Source of the DNA: Candidatus Bathyarchaeota archaeon
Lineage (GTDB): Archaea; Thermoproteota; Bathyarchaeia; 40CM-2-53-6
DNA: 64,000 nucleotides
Assembly (NCBI GenBank): GCA_005888745.1
Contig: VBBS01000030.1
Coordinates: forward strand, 140,175 to 204,174
Direction: 5' to 3'
A model generated the notes under the pieces. It ran no database searches, was not told the origin of the DNA, and was given only the letters and a program-made list of their open reading frames with translations. Within the stretch, counting starts at the first letter, position 1. Every line of letters begins with the position of its first letter. Positions 40,718-50,238 of this stretch are shown in pieces. Both the position numbers and the translations under genes were made by a program.

Positions 40718-42037
40718 CTATCGTAGCTGGATGTACTCGTAAGCGTCTCTTGTGGACTCGAAAGCATAGTGTACTCTTGTGAACCCTTTTCGGAATTCAT
40801 TGACGATTCTGCCTACCTTCGCTGGGTCCTCGCCTTTGACGACGATGCGATGCATTAGCTGGGCTATTTCTTTCATCTCTGACTCTTTCATTCCTAGCCT
40901 AGTGACTTCGGATACGCCGCACCTTATTCCTCCGGGAGCTTCAAAGTGTCTTCCTTCTTTGATGTCATAGGGTAGAAGGTTGCGGTTGAGGATGATGTTT
41001 GCATCCTCCAGTTTTTTCTCGACGGTTTTTCCATCCCCGTACTTTGTGATGTCGGCGACCAAGAGGTGTGATTTTGTGAAACCCTTTTTCTCGCCGAGGA
41101 CCTTGAATCCAAGCTCGTGCAGCGCTTGAGCAAGGGCTTTGCTGTTCTTGACGATCTGGGTGGCGTATTCTCTTCCGTAGGCGAGCATTTCGGCGAACAT
41201 TATTGCTTTCCCCGCGAGATGGTGGAGGTGGTGGTTGCTAACGTTGCCTGGGAACGTTGCCTTCTTGATCTTCTCAGCGTTTTGTGGATGGGAGAGTATC
41301 AGTCCGCCTTGGGGTCCGGGCAGTGTCTTGTGTGTGCTGCAAGTCATGGCCTCGGCGCCTTCGTGCATGGGGTCTTGGAACTGGTGTCCCGCGACTAATC
41401 CTGCTACATGGGCTGCGTCATAGCAGCTTTTGGTTCCGTGTTCTTGGAGTATGGGAGCAAGTTCCTTGATGGGGTGTGGGAATGGAAGGACTGAGCCGCC
41501 TAGCATCGCCAATGTTGGCTTCTTTCCCTCGGCCGCCAATTTCTTGATTTTCTTCTCAGTTGCGTCAGTGTCGATGTTCATCTCTTCTGTGTCGAACGGG
41601 AAGTACTCGACGTTGAGCCCTCGGACTGACCCTGCTGTTCCTCCGAACTCTTTCTTTCCCATGCTGATGTGACCGCCTGCTGGGATCGCCAGTGCCATGA
41701 TCGTGTCTCCTGGAGTTGTGAAGGTCGTATATGCCACGAGGTTCGCGCAAACTCCAGATATTGGCCGGACGTCGGCGAAATCGACTCTGAATAATTCCTT
41801 TGCGAGGTCCATGCAGATCTGTTCTACCTGGTCAATGTATCGGCAGCCAGCGTAGACTCGTTCGCCTGTCCAGCCTTCTGCGTAGCGGTTGCCGAAGTCT
41901 GAGAGGATGGCTTCTTTGACTGCTGGGCTTGGAATGTTCTCGCTTGCTATTAGGGGGATTGCTCCGGAAAACCATTCGTGGTGGGCTTGTAGGAGCTGGA
42001 AGACTCGTTGATAGGATTCTTTGGGCTGTGATTGCAT
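40718..42037 (-). CDS. glyA: Serine hydroxymethyltransferase
   Basis: STHKTLPGPQGG (PLP-lysine motif). 439 aa, with an N-terminal region typical of SHMT. Confidence 0.9.
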   Translation of the reverse strand: MQSQPKESYQRVFQLLQAHHEWFSGAIPLIASENIPSPAVKEAILSDFGNRYAEGWTGERVYAGCRYIDQVEQICMDLAKELFRVDFADVRPISGVCANLVAYTTFTTPGDTIMALAIPAGGHISMGKKEFGGTAGSVRGLNVEYFPFDTEEMNIDTDATEKKIKKLAAEGKKPTLAMLGGSVLPFPHPIKELAPILQEHGTKSCYDAAHVAGLVAGHQFQDPMHEGAEAMTCSTHKTLPGPQGGLILSHPQNAEKIKKATFPGNVSNHHLHHLAGKAIMFAEMLAYGREYATQIVKNSKALAQALHELGFKVLGEKKGFTKSHLLVADITKYGDGKTVEKKLEDANIILNRNLLPYDIKEGRHFEAPGGIRCGVSEVTRLGMKESEMKEIAQLMHRIVVKGEDPAKVGRIVNEFRKGFTRVHYAFESTRDAYEYIQLR

Positions 42038-42160
42038 GCTGAATGACTTTTCCTCATTCTTGTATAACCTTTCACTGTTCTCCTTGTCCGGCTTCTCATT
42101 CTAGTGGGGCGGTACTCGGGAACCTCCGAGACTATGGTTGGATAAGTGTGTCCTTATCGG

Positions 42161-42640
42161 TCAGGTTTTTGCCTGTTTTCTGAACTGACTCCACCACGGG
42201 GGGTTCAAATTGACGTATTTCACAAACCTCGCCAAGAGGTCGAGGGTTCGGGAGTCGATGTAGTGTTCCAAGCCTTCAGTATCTTTTTGGGCCGTTGTTT
42301 CCTCGACGCCGAACAACTTGAGAAAGGCCACTAGGAGAGCGTGACGTTCCCCAAAGGCTCGGGCCATGTTTTCTCCCTCCGCGGTCAGCGTGATGCCACC
42401 GTACTTTTCATGGAGTATGAGCTGTTCTGAGTGGAGCCGGTCTAGCATGCCTGTGACTGTTGGTGGTCTTACGTGGAGATGTTTGGCTATGTCGACTGGT
42501 TTCGCGTACCCTTTTTCACGGATAAGCTCGTAGATTATTTCTACATAGTCCTCTTTTCTAGGCGTTTGTTGTCTTGTGCCCGGTTTGTGGGCTCGGGCCA
42601 GCTTTGCAAGCTGGCTTTTTCCGGGTCGAGTTGGGGCCAT
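42161..42640 (-). CDS. DtxR/MntR-family metal-dependent transcriptional repressor. The ORF is open to 42847 through a Pro/Arg/Gln-rich low-complexity extension that is probably not translated.
   Basis: EDYVEIIYELIREKGYAKPVDIAKHLHVRPPTVTGMLDRL (wHTH) followed by a metal-binding/dimerisation region typical of DtxR. Confidence 0.6.
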   Translation of the reverse strand: MAPTRPGKSQLAKLARAHKPGTRQQTPRKEDYVEIIYELIREKGYAKPVDIAKHLHVRPPTVTGMLDRLHSEQLILHEKYGGITLTAEGENMARAFGERHALLVAFLKLFGVEETTAQKDTEGLEHYIDSRTLDLLARFVKYVNLNPPWWSQFRKQAKT

Positions 42641-42687
42641 CTTTCTAATGCGTTGCGTTCTTGGTGGTTGGCTGTTTAAGGGGTTTC

Positions 42688-43056
42688 TTAGATGTGGATG
42701 TGCAGGTTGAGGCTGTCTCTGAGTTTGCGCAGTATGGGCTCGAGGGGTCCGGGTTCGAGGCTGATGGCGACGATCTGGTTGTTGTGGGGGAAGATGATAA
42801 GGTCGACTTTCTGGTATTGTATGGAGATGTGTGCTAGAGGTCCGCACTGGTTTTCGAGCTGGGATAAAGTGTCTAGGATCATTGGTGGGACGCTTCCCAT
42901 GAATTTCCGGTCGTAGGTCTCGGGGGTTAGGCTCATCACGTTTGACCGCATTCGCGATTCTAGGAGTTTGCTGTTCCTGTCTAGGAGGGCGACGTAGCGG
43001 ATGCGGGAGTCTAGGGCGAACAGTTCGTCGACGAGTCGCGTCTGGGGCCTGCTCAA
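42688..43056 (-). CDS. Roadblock/LC7 (MglB-like) domain protein
   Basis: About 120 aa with an alternating alpha/beta pattern, RYVALLDRNSKLL ... VDLIIFPHNNQIVAISLEP. Confidence 0.4.
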   Translation of the reverse strand: MSRPQTRLVDELFALDSRIRYVALLDRNSKLLESRMRSNVMSLTPETYDRKFMGSVPPMILDTLSQLENQCGPLAHISIQYQKVDLIIFPHNNQIVAISLEPGPLEPILRKLRDSLNLHIHI

Positions 43057-43685
43057 GCTGGAATCATTCGCTTTTCCGCGTTGGTCGCTAAAGAAATGCT
43101 TTCGCCTTACGTGTGACTATCTAGGCTGGAGATGGGTGCAGTTCCGGTTTCGTTGCGCGTTGGCAATACTCGTTTTTGAAGGCGTTTCATGTCCTGCTCT
43201 GACTTTGGAGGCGTTCTCTAGATGAGTGATGTGATTGGGTTTTGTGAAGATTGCTTTCACATGGGTCTGCAGGGACGAGTCTTGGGGAGGCGCTAGGGTC
43301 GTTCGCTAAGACCCCCCCTTTTTCCTAGAGGAATTTTCCTATCCGGCAGGGTTTCTGGGCGGCGTAGGCGATTCAGGGTGCAGTCTGGGCTTGGACGCAA
43401 GGGGGCAAAGTAGGGAGGTCTAGCGCCATTCCCGAACGTTTCTAGGGGGAGATATGGAGCATGTCCCAAACTCGAGAACAGGGCTCATTCTAGGCGAATC
43501 TCCCCGAAATCTTTCAGATATCACTGGTGTCCTTGATAATCTCGATCGGGAGATCGTGGAGATCTCGCTTCAGAAAATAGCGCGTCCTGAAATCATGGTT
43601 CGAATTAGTTTGTGATGATTTCCAGGTTTTCTGCCGGAGTTTTATATTCTGGTTTTTCCGATCTGCCGGAAAAATACTCCCTGTT

Positions 43686-45125
43686 GTGTGTCGGTTTCTC
43701 TTGGAATACAAGTGGGTTGTTCTGACGGTCACTACGGTCGGAATTTTCATGGCGACCCTTGACTCGAGCATTGTCGTGGTTGGGCTTCCACAGGTCGTGT
43801 CCGATCTCAAAACCAACCTGGTCGTTGGTGTATGGATTATCACAATCTACCGTCTCATGATCACCGTTCTCCTTGTTGGGATTGGGAGATGGGCCGACAT
43901 GCATGGGCGGGTCCGGCTCTACAACATGGGCTTCGCAATCTTCACCCTCGGCTCTCTTCTCTCCGGGCTCTCCCCTACGGCTGAAGCTCTTCTCGCTTTC
44001 AGGCTCGTCCAAGGCATTGGAGCGGCTCTGTTATTCGTCAACAGCGTTGCCATCGTCACGGATGCCTTCTCTGGCAAGGATCTTGGCAAAGGGATCGGGA
44101 TAAACCAGGTGGCGATAAACGCCGGGACAATCACCGGATACACGCTGAGCGGAGTCCTTATTCAGCTATTCACATGGCGTTCCATATTTCTAGTAAACGT
44201 TCCAGTAGGAATATTTGGAACATACTGGTCAAGAAAGCGACTGAAGGAGATTTCCCCGCCGGCAGCCGGAGAGAAGTTTGATGCAGCAGGCGCCACAACA
44301 TTCTCCATCGCCATTACCTTCCTACTCTTGGGTCTCACCCTTGGCAGCCTAACGGACTTTGCTAACCAAGCGGTCGTCGGAGGTAGCATTCTCTGCTTTG
44401 CTATTTTCATCATGATCGAGAGAAGGGCCCGGTATCCGGCACTAGATCTATCTCTGTTCAAGATCAGACTGTTCACTGCAGGAAACATTGCCAATCTCCT
44501 CAGTGGACTGAGCTTCGCAGCGCTAGCCTTCGTCATGACGCTCTACTTCCAACTGGTTAGAGGGTATGATCCACTGCACGCGGGAATATTTCTTATCCCT
44601 CTGGATGTGACATTGATTCTTGTCGGGCCGGTTAGTGGTTGGCTCTCCGACAAGTGGGGTGCTCGAGGATTGAGCACTGTGGGCTTGCTAGTCGCCTCTG
44701 CGGGCTTCCTCTTTCTCTCCGGATTTGATCTGAATACGCCCTATCCTCAGATTGCGCTCTGGCTGGCGCTTGTCGGACTTGGTATCGGACTTTTCCGCAG
44801 TCCTAACGCGAGCTCTGTAATGGGGTCCGTTCCAAGTTCGAAGAGAGGGATCTCGTCAGGGGTCCGAGCCACGATCATCAACACTAGCATCGTCGCCAGC
44901 ATTCCACTTGTCTTGGCGCTTATGACCGCTGACGTTCCTTATTCCAAGCTTGTGAACTTGGGAAACGTAGGTATAGGCGGAGTCTCACAGCTAACAAGTG
45001 GTGATGTGGGAACCTTCCTCACTGGACTACAGCATTCCTTGATCGTCCTATCATTTCTAATCCTTGGATCGGCGGTCTTTTCGCTTCTCAGGGGCCGAAA
45101 AACCGATAATCCCAAGGACCCATGA
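43686..45125 (+). CDS. MFS transporter (14 TM, DHA2-like drug:H+ antiporter)
   Basis: 479 aa with about 14 TM helices and an MFS signature region GRWADMHGRVRLYNMG. Confidence 0.8.
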   Translation: MCRFLLEYKWVVLTVTTVGIFMATLDSSIVVVGLPQVVSDLKTNLVVGVWIITIYRLMITVLLVGIGRWADMHGRVRLYNMGFAIFTLGSLLSGLSPTAEALLAFRLVQGIGAALLFVNSVAIVTDAFSGKDLGKGIGINQVAINAGTITGYTLSGVLIQLFTWRSIFLVNVPVGIFGTYWSRKRLKEISPPAAGEKFDAAGATTFSIAITFLLLGLTLGSLTDFANQAVVGGSILCFAIFIMIERRARYPALDLSLFKIRLFTAGNIANLLSGLSFAALAFVMTLYFQLVRGYDPLHAGIFLIPLDVTLILVGPVSGWLSDKWGARGLSTVGLLVASAGFLFLSGFDLNTPYPQIALWLALVGLGIGLFRSPNASSVMGSVPSSKRGISSGVRATIINTSIVASIPLVLALMTADVPYSKLVNLGNVGIGGVSQLTSGDVGTFLTGLQHSLIVLSFLILGSAVFSLLRGRKTDNPKDP

Positions 45126-45327
45126 AAAAATGTTCCATTGATCAGAGAATTGAAATTGGAGAGGCATAGATTGCTTCGGATCTCTTGCCTGGAAAACAAT
45201 CATGGATAGCCTGATGACGCGATGGATAGCGCTCAGATGTGATGGATAGCCAAGAACGTGACAAGCTATTTCTTATCGGATACGCTTAAATCTGCACAAT
45301 AGCCGCATTGCGGACTAGTCGATTCGA

Positions 45328-45993
45328 ATGCCAGAGCTTGTCCTAAAGAGACTCTTACCAACTAGAGCGTCCCGCTCCAGACTCAGCAAGAATTCTCTTC
45401 GAACTTTAGCAGGAGTATTCTTTCTAGTTTCGCTTGTTGGTCTGTCCTTGACCATCTTTCCTAACCTCACTCTCTCATCTTTCGGAGGAAAAGCCGCCGT
45501 TGGGAGAGTCCCGATCATGGCTGTTCCCGGATTTGATTTCTCAATGGCAAATTCCGGTAGCATTGTGCTTACGGAAGGATCATCAGGATCTAATTCCATA
45601 ACCGTTACACTAGTCAGCGGCCAGTCAAAGGCGGTGATGCTGTCCTGCGATAGCGGACTCCCTGCAGGCGCATCGTGCAGTTTCAACCCGGCGTCAGGCT
45701 CTCCAACCTATTCTAGCCAACTTACGATCATTACCCTACCCACGACGCCTCTTGGCGACTTTACAATTGTCGTCGGCGGAACTGGTGGCGGACAAAAACA
45801 TACGACCCAGTTCTTTTTGATAGTCAACTCGCCCGGACCAGTCGGAGGTACTAGAGTCCCCGTCGACAAACTCAGTCTGGTCGCCCCCTTCGTTGGTTTG
45901 GCCGCTTTGGTCTTGGGTTCAATTGGCGTTGTCGCGGTCTACCTGAGTCGCAGAAACTCGAATAGGAACTTGCCTGCGCCAATCGTCACGTAA
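45328..45993 (+). CDS. Secreted protein with a C-terminal TM anchor, hypothetical
   Basis: N-terminal signal/TM, Ser/Gly/Thr-rich body, and a C-terminal hydrophobic helix followed by RRNSNRN. Confidence 0.4.
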   Translation: MPELVLKRLLPTRASRSRLSKNSLRTLAGVFFLVSLVGLSLTIFPNLTLSSFGGKAAVGRVPIMAVPGFDFSMANSGSIVLTEGSSGSNSITVTLVSGQSKAVMLSCDSGLPAGASCSFNPASGSPTYSSQLTIITLPTTPLGDFTIVVGGTGGGQKHTTQFFLIVNSPGPVGGTRVPVDKLSLVAPFVGLAALVLGSIGVVAVYLSRRNSNRNLPAPIVT

Positions 45994-46025
45994 AGTGGGA
46001 CTTCATCAACAAGTAGTTCTCGAAA

Positions 46026-46988
46026 ATGAGACGAAGGTCCCGGATTAGATCCGGGTACGACCTTCTCCTTGCCAGACTATTGGCAAATGACCGTGCAAGC
46101 CGCGGAAACGTAGGCGCTCGTTCCAGCACGGTCAAGAAAAGCAGGGGACTCCGTAGGACCGTGTTCGTTATGATTCCTGTTGTTCTAATATTGACAACGG
46201 CGTTCTGGTTCTACCAAGATGATTCTTGGAGACACTCAACCAGGTCTTCCGATGGCTCTTCGCGGGCCGCTATCATTGACCAGCTTTCAGGGACTGTGCC
46301 TGACCCTTGGTTTGTGAGCCACGCCCAGTCTGCTCTCGGGAATGCTGGCTACACCGTAGATTATTACGGTCCTGCTGAGGTCACGGTGTCCCTTTTCCGG
46401 GGCCTTCCTCTAAAAGGATATGACCTAATTGTAATCCGGTCTCACAGTGGTGGCGAGGGGATCTATACGGGCGAGACTTACGACACTTCCAAATATGTGT
46501 GGGAACAACTCACCGACCAAATAATTCCTGTGACCGTTGGTCAGAAAGTATACTTTGGGATAACCCACCAGTTTGTGCAAGAAAGCATGCATGGAAGTTT
46601 TCCAGGTTCTCTAGTCGTGGTCATGGGTTGTGGCGGGCTGGTTAACACGAACATGGCTCAGGCTTTCCTCGTCAAGGGCGCTAAGGACTATGTGGGATGG
46701 GATGGAGCTGTGAACTCGGCCCACACAGATCTCGCCGTTGAAACCCTCATTCAATATCTGTCCCAAGGTAATAGCGTCAGGGACTCGGTTAGCCTAACAG
46801 CAGGCCAGGTGGGACGCGATCCTCTCTACGGAGGACGTTTGAGCTATTTTGACTCGAAAGTGGGGCTTGTTCAACAGTTAGAGAGCTTTTTCATTTCGGT
46901 TCTCATCGGTCTCGTTCCTATCATGATCCTCCCTGTTCTAGGCTGTTTTGTGATCATTCTCGTGCCAAGATTGTTTGGCAAACGGTAA
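46026..46988 (+). CDS. Membrane-anchored hypothetical protein with a possible caspase-like His/Cys dyad
   Basis: N-terminal TM. IVIRSHSGGEG (His) and VVVMGCGG (Cys) in caspase-like order. C-terminal TM. Speculative. Confidence 0.35.
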   Translation: MRRRSRIRSGYDLLLARLLANDRASRGNVGARSSTVKKSRGLRRTVFVMIPVVLILTTAFWFYQDDSWRHSTRSSDGSSRAAIIDQLSGTVPDPWFVSHAQSALGNAGYTVDYYGPAEVTVSLFRGLPLKGYDLIVIRSHSGGEGIYTGETYDTSKYVWEQLTDQIIPVTVGQKVYFGITHQFVQESMHGSFPGSLVVVMGCGGLVNTNMAQAFLVKGAKDYVGWDGAVNSAHTDLAVETLIQYLSQGNSVRDSVSLTAGQVGRDPLYGGRLSYFDSKVGLVQQLESFFISVLIGLVPIMILPVLGCFVIILVPRLFGKR

Positions 46989-47022
46989 GCTCGAGCATTC
47001 GGATGTGAGATTTTGGAGCCCC

Positions 47023-47108
47023 GGATGGGGGTTGAACCCATGACCTACGGCTTTTTTGGCATTTACAAAGCCGTCGCTCTACCACTGAGCTACCGGGGCA
47101 GGCATGGA
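47023..47108 (-). tRNA. tRNA-Thr (anticodon TGT) with an 11-nt intron in the anticodon loop. CCA is encoded.
   Basis: GCCCCGG-TA-GCTCAGTGGTAGAGC-G-ACGGC-[TTTGTA + intron AATGCCAAAAA + A]-GCCGT-AGGTC-ATGGGTTCAACCCCCAT-CCGGGGC-T-CCA. Confidence 0.65.
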
Positions 47109-47156
47109 GCTGTCTGGGACCCTGCCCAAGATAAAATCTCTCGGCAAGCCCATGGT

Positions 47157-48418
47157 CTAAGACGGCGAGTTTGCGATGCGCATCCTGTTGGCCGCTCGGA
47201 CAAGCGCCTCTACTCCCGGCAGGCTCTGCCCGGACAAGAGGGAAAGCATTGCTCCGCCTGCGGTGCTGACATGGCTGAACTTTTCCTCTATGCCCTGTAT
47301 TGATGCCAGGCCGACCAGATGTCCTCCTCCTATGACGGTGTAACCATTGCTATCGACCATCGACTCGAGCAGTTGCCTTGTTCCCTTTTCAAACCCGTTT
47401 CTCTCAAACACTCCAAGAGGGCCGTTTGCAACTGTTGTGGCCGCTCCTCTTACGATCTTGGAATATTTCTCCAGTGTTATCGAGCCGATGTCAAGAGCCT
47501 CTTCTTCCATGGAGGGAGAGTTGACGGGTTGGTCGACCCTCCTACCTAGCGTATCCTCGTACGCTAAGTCCAAGGGGACTTCTATGTGATCCGCATACCT
47601 CTTCGTCAGATTTCTTGCTCGGTCTAGGAACTGGTTGAAGTCGTGGATTTCTTCTTCGTTAATCTTTGTTTTTACCTCCCGGGCTCGAAGGAAAAGTTTC
47701 GCCGGTACTCCTCCTAGCAAAACCTTGTCTGCTTTCCCTCGCGACAATATGTTTTCGATCACTGGGATCTTGTCTTCAACTTTAGATCCGCCGAGAGAGT
47801 AAACGCATGGTCTCTTTGGTTCTTCAAGGAGGGTTGAGACTGCGTCTAGTTCTTTCTCCATGAGGCGGCCAGCTGCGCTGGGCAATAGTTCCGACAGGCC
47901 TGCGATGGAGGGCTGAGACCTATGGGCTGTTGCAAAGGCGTCGTCAATGTAGAGATCGAAGAGCGGTGCCAGGCGTCTGACAAAATGCGTCTTGACCAGT
48001 TTTTCGCGTTTGTCGTCGATATTTTCCTCCGCGCAGAATCTCAGGTTGTCGAGAACAAGGATCTCACCAGGTTGGACCTTTGTTATTTTCTGGATGGCAT
48101 GAGGACCGATGACGTCATCTACGAACTTGATTTGTTGCGAGCAATATTGCGCGAGGAGACTTGAATGGGGTTCGAGCGATGTGAAGTCATCCTTTCCGGG
48201 TCTGCTTTGGTGAGAGCCGAGGGTGACACGTGCCTCGTCCAGCTCGGAGAGGGTTTTGGAGATTGCCTTTATCCGGGTATCATCTAGAATCTGGTGTGTC
48301 GAGGGATCTAGGGGAACGTTGATGTCAACTCTGAGAAAGACCCTTTTGTCTCGCGTCTCTACATCGTCAAGCGTTAGAAAATCGTATTTTTTCAGATGAG
48401 GATCCTCTCGCCGACATC
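47157..48418 (-). CDS. pgk: Phosphoglycerate kinase. The frame is broken in codon about 11 by a run of six A (6 T on the plus strand at 48388..48393). The ATG at 48416..48418 restores MSARGSSSEKYDFLTLDDVETRDKRVFLRVDINVPLD if one A is removed.
   Basis: Continuous PGK homology: N-terminus RVDINVPLD...ILDDTRIKA, C-terminus GGGHLVGLASIQGIEEKF...GGAMLSLLSGQSLPGVEAL. The ORF-track entry 47157..47885 is only the part downstream of the first in-frame TTG. Confidence 0.75.
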
Positions 48419-48748
48419 AAGGCCGGGTTTAGGGTCTTGTTTAATGATTTGTCAGAAATTCCCAACCGGTTCAAATCCGTGATCTTACTGGCTTAGATAA
48501 GATAACTCCTTTGTCTCCATCTCATGCCTGCTCTGAAGCCAGTGAAGCAAAACTGTTTCCCTTCAGAAAGAAGCCCTAAGGCTTATTGTACATTCCGGAA
48601 AATGTCTAGTGAGAATCGGATGTGCATTTCAGAGACAAGAGTGTCGACATTACAAAACATCACCCAACACCAGCTTTGTCAAAACACTCTTAGATTCCTT
48701 GAATATCCACTGCGTAATGCGCTTCACCAGAGGGTATGGGGCAATAAC

Positions 48749-49098
48749 GGTTCTGTCAAATCCTCGGTTGCTCAAGGACTTGGCTTGCTCTCATCGACTC
48801 CGGGGATTACCGTCGTCGTCGGGTTCCCCTTCATTGCTTCACCCGAGAGCCCTTGCGCCATAGAGACACATAGTCTCTTCTTGGCAGGGAACGGTCGAAC
48901 CTCAACCGCCCCCTCACGCCCGTAGCGTGGTAGCTTGGCCCCTCGCCAGGCAAGGATTTTACAGTAGCCAACCAACCAGATATCCCGTTTCAGACCAGTC
49001 ACGTGGTCGGAGTCACTCCCCTCATCCCACTGTGACAAGCTCATACGACGACCGCCTAATCTGATAATCAGTCATTTCTTGAACATTACAATTAGAGA
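48749..49098 (-). repeat. Copy 3 (full length, inverted) of the roughly 350-nt structured repeat
   Basis: The reverse complement aligns end to end with 18352..18701 (roughly 85% identity by eye), with loop-localised and compensatory substitutions. Confidence 0.6.
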
Positions 49099-49155
49099 TG
49101 GACGAATCTATCACCAAACAACAAGCGAAGAGTTGAGTGTCGCGCAGACCAAGCC

Positions 49156-49419
49156 TTGAAGATTGACGTTTTCAATCCTGAAGCCAATACCTACAGAATG
49201 GAACTGCTGGAGAAGCTAGTCGCTGCGAGCGTTTACCCTCGGCGTTGGCCTAGTTGGCTCGAAGAAAAGGTGGATCGCCTCGGTCGATTAGGTCTAAATA
49301 AGAGAGAAATTTGCGAGCGCATTCTGAACAAAAACAACACTTACATCAAGATGCATGGGTTAGGCAGGAAGATACAGAACCGAAATGCGATGTTCAAATC
49401 ATGTATGAGGGTCGCATAG
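49156..49419 (+). CDS. Hypothetical small protein
   Basis: 87-aa ORF between the repeat and a tRNA. Weak. Confidence 0.25.
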   Translation: MKIDVFNPEANTYRMELLEKLVAASVYPRRWPSWLEEKVDRLGRLGLNKREICERILNKNNTYIKMHGLGRKIQNRNAMFKSCMRVA

Positions 49420-49429
49420 CTGAAGTAGT

Positions 49430-49562
49430 GCCGAGGGAGGGATTCGCACCCTCGATCTCCGGGAAGCTTTCTCTCTCCGGAATCCACCCTAGCCCAGGAT
49501 TATGAGTTTCACCCTCGCGGAGGGCGAGCCCGGCGCCTTAACTAGGCTAGGCCACCCCGGCG
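49430..49562 (-). tRNA. tRNA with a long (about 58 nt) intervening sequence between the anticodon-stem strands. The anticodon was not resolved (possibly xGC). No encoded CCA.
   Basis: Acceptor GCCGGGG/CCTCGGC (one G-U). D-arm GCCT-AGCCTAGTTA-AGGC. Anticodon stem CCGGG...CCCGG. T-arm GAGGG-TGCGAAT-CCCTC. Discriminator A. Confidence 0.45.
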
Positions 49563-49762
49563 AATCATCTCGAATCGATGGCATTCATAGGCTTTGCGCT
49601 TAACGATAGCTCTCAAGAGAGCTCGCGCAGTGGAATGGTCGCAGGTTCGAACTCACTTGTGTCCGAGACTCCCGCCCCCGGCATTTCGATTGATCTTGCC
49701 AGATAGAATGTGGCGGGTTCTTTCGCGCAACGGTCAAGAGTCCCTGTCCTTTCATTGGTTCC

Positions 49763-50194
49763 GTGGAGACGACTGAGGGGGATGGTGAACCGAAGAATGA
49801 TCGGCTAGCAAGACTAATCTGTCTCGTTAACGGATTCTCATATGATGGCTTCTTGGTTCTGGAAGAATGCCCCTTCTGTCACAAGTTCCTCGCCGCCGAG
49901 TTAATGTCTAAGACGGAGATAGACACAGCTGAAGCGCTCAAGGAGAAGGACGTTTTGTTCAAGCTAGGACTGGCAATCGATACCGGGGAGAGGGTCGCTG
50001 ACCATCCGGAGGCGTTTATCACGTACAAATTTACGTACCGGTGTAGGGATTGCGGAAAGGAATGGGACAAGTTCAAGATTCAAGCAGTTGAGCTTCCGAA
50101 GGAATATGTTGAGGACGAGGACGATAAGAGCGACTATGATGCCGACAAGGAGGCTGAAGACGCGAGAGAGGAGCAGTACGCTATGGAGGAGTGA
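49763..50194 (+). CDS. Acidic zinc-ribbon protein, hypothetical
   Basis: CPFCHKF ... CRDCGKEW CxxC pairs. A Glu/Asp-rich C-terminal tail. Confidence 0.4.
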   Translation: METTEGDGEPKNDRLARLICLVNGFSYDGFLVLEECPFCHKFLAAELMSKTEIDTAEALKEKDVLFKLGLAIDTGERVADHPEAFITYKFTYRCRDCGKEWDKFKIQAVELPKEYVEDEDDKSDYDADKEAEDAREEQYAMEE

Positions 50195-50238
50195 TTGGTT
50201 TACCCAGACCCGCATACGGTTCTAGATCGCTAGCTTTT

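Noticed and set aside
42641-42847. N-terminal 69-aa extension of the DtxR-like ORF (MRTSSTHLHTIPESRPYHLPPQQPDRRHQPRTRTPRAH...)
   Set aside because: Pro/Arg/Gln/His low-complexity composition with no homology. The conserved DtxR wHTH domain begins right after the internal Met at 42640.
47013-47303. ORF 47013..47303 (+) and ORF 55915..56403 (+) as coding sequences
   Set aside because: Both overlap well-formed tRNA-Thr genes on the opposite strand (47023..47108 and 56261..56367), and their translations are low-complexity.
47922-48164. ORF 47922..48164 (+) as a gene
   Set aside because: It lies antisense to the continuous PGK reading frame, so it is a shadow ORF.
49590-49700. Possible additional tRNA suggested by GGTTCGAAC near 49650
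   Set aside because: GTTCGAAC is a palindrome with no flanking complementary T-stem or acceptor/D/anticodon arms on either strand. The adjacent agctctcaagagagct hairpin is more likely a promoter- or terminator-proximal structure for the neighbouring tRNA.
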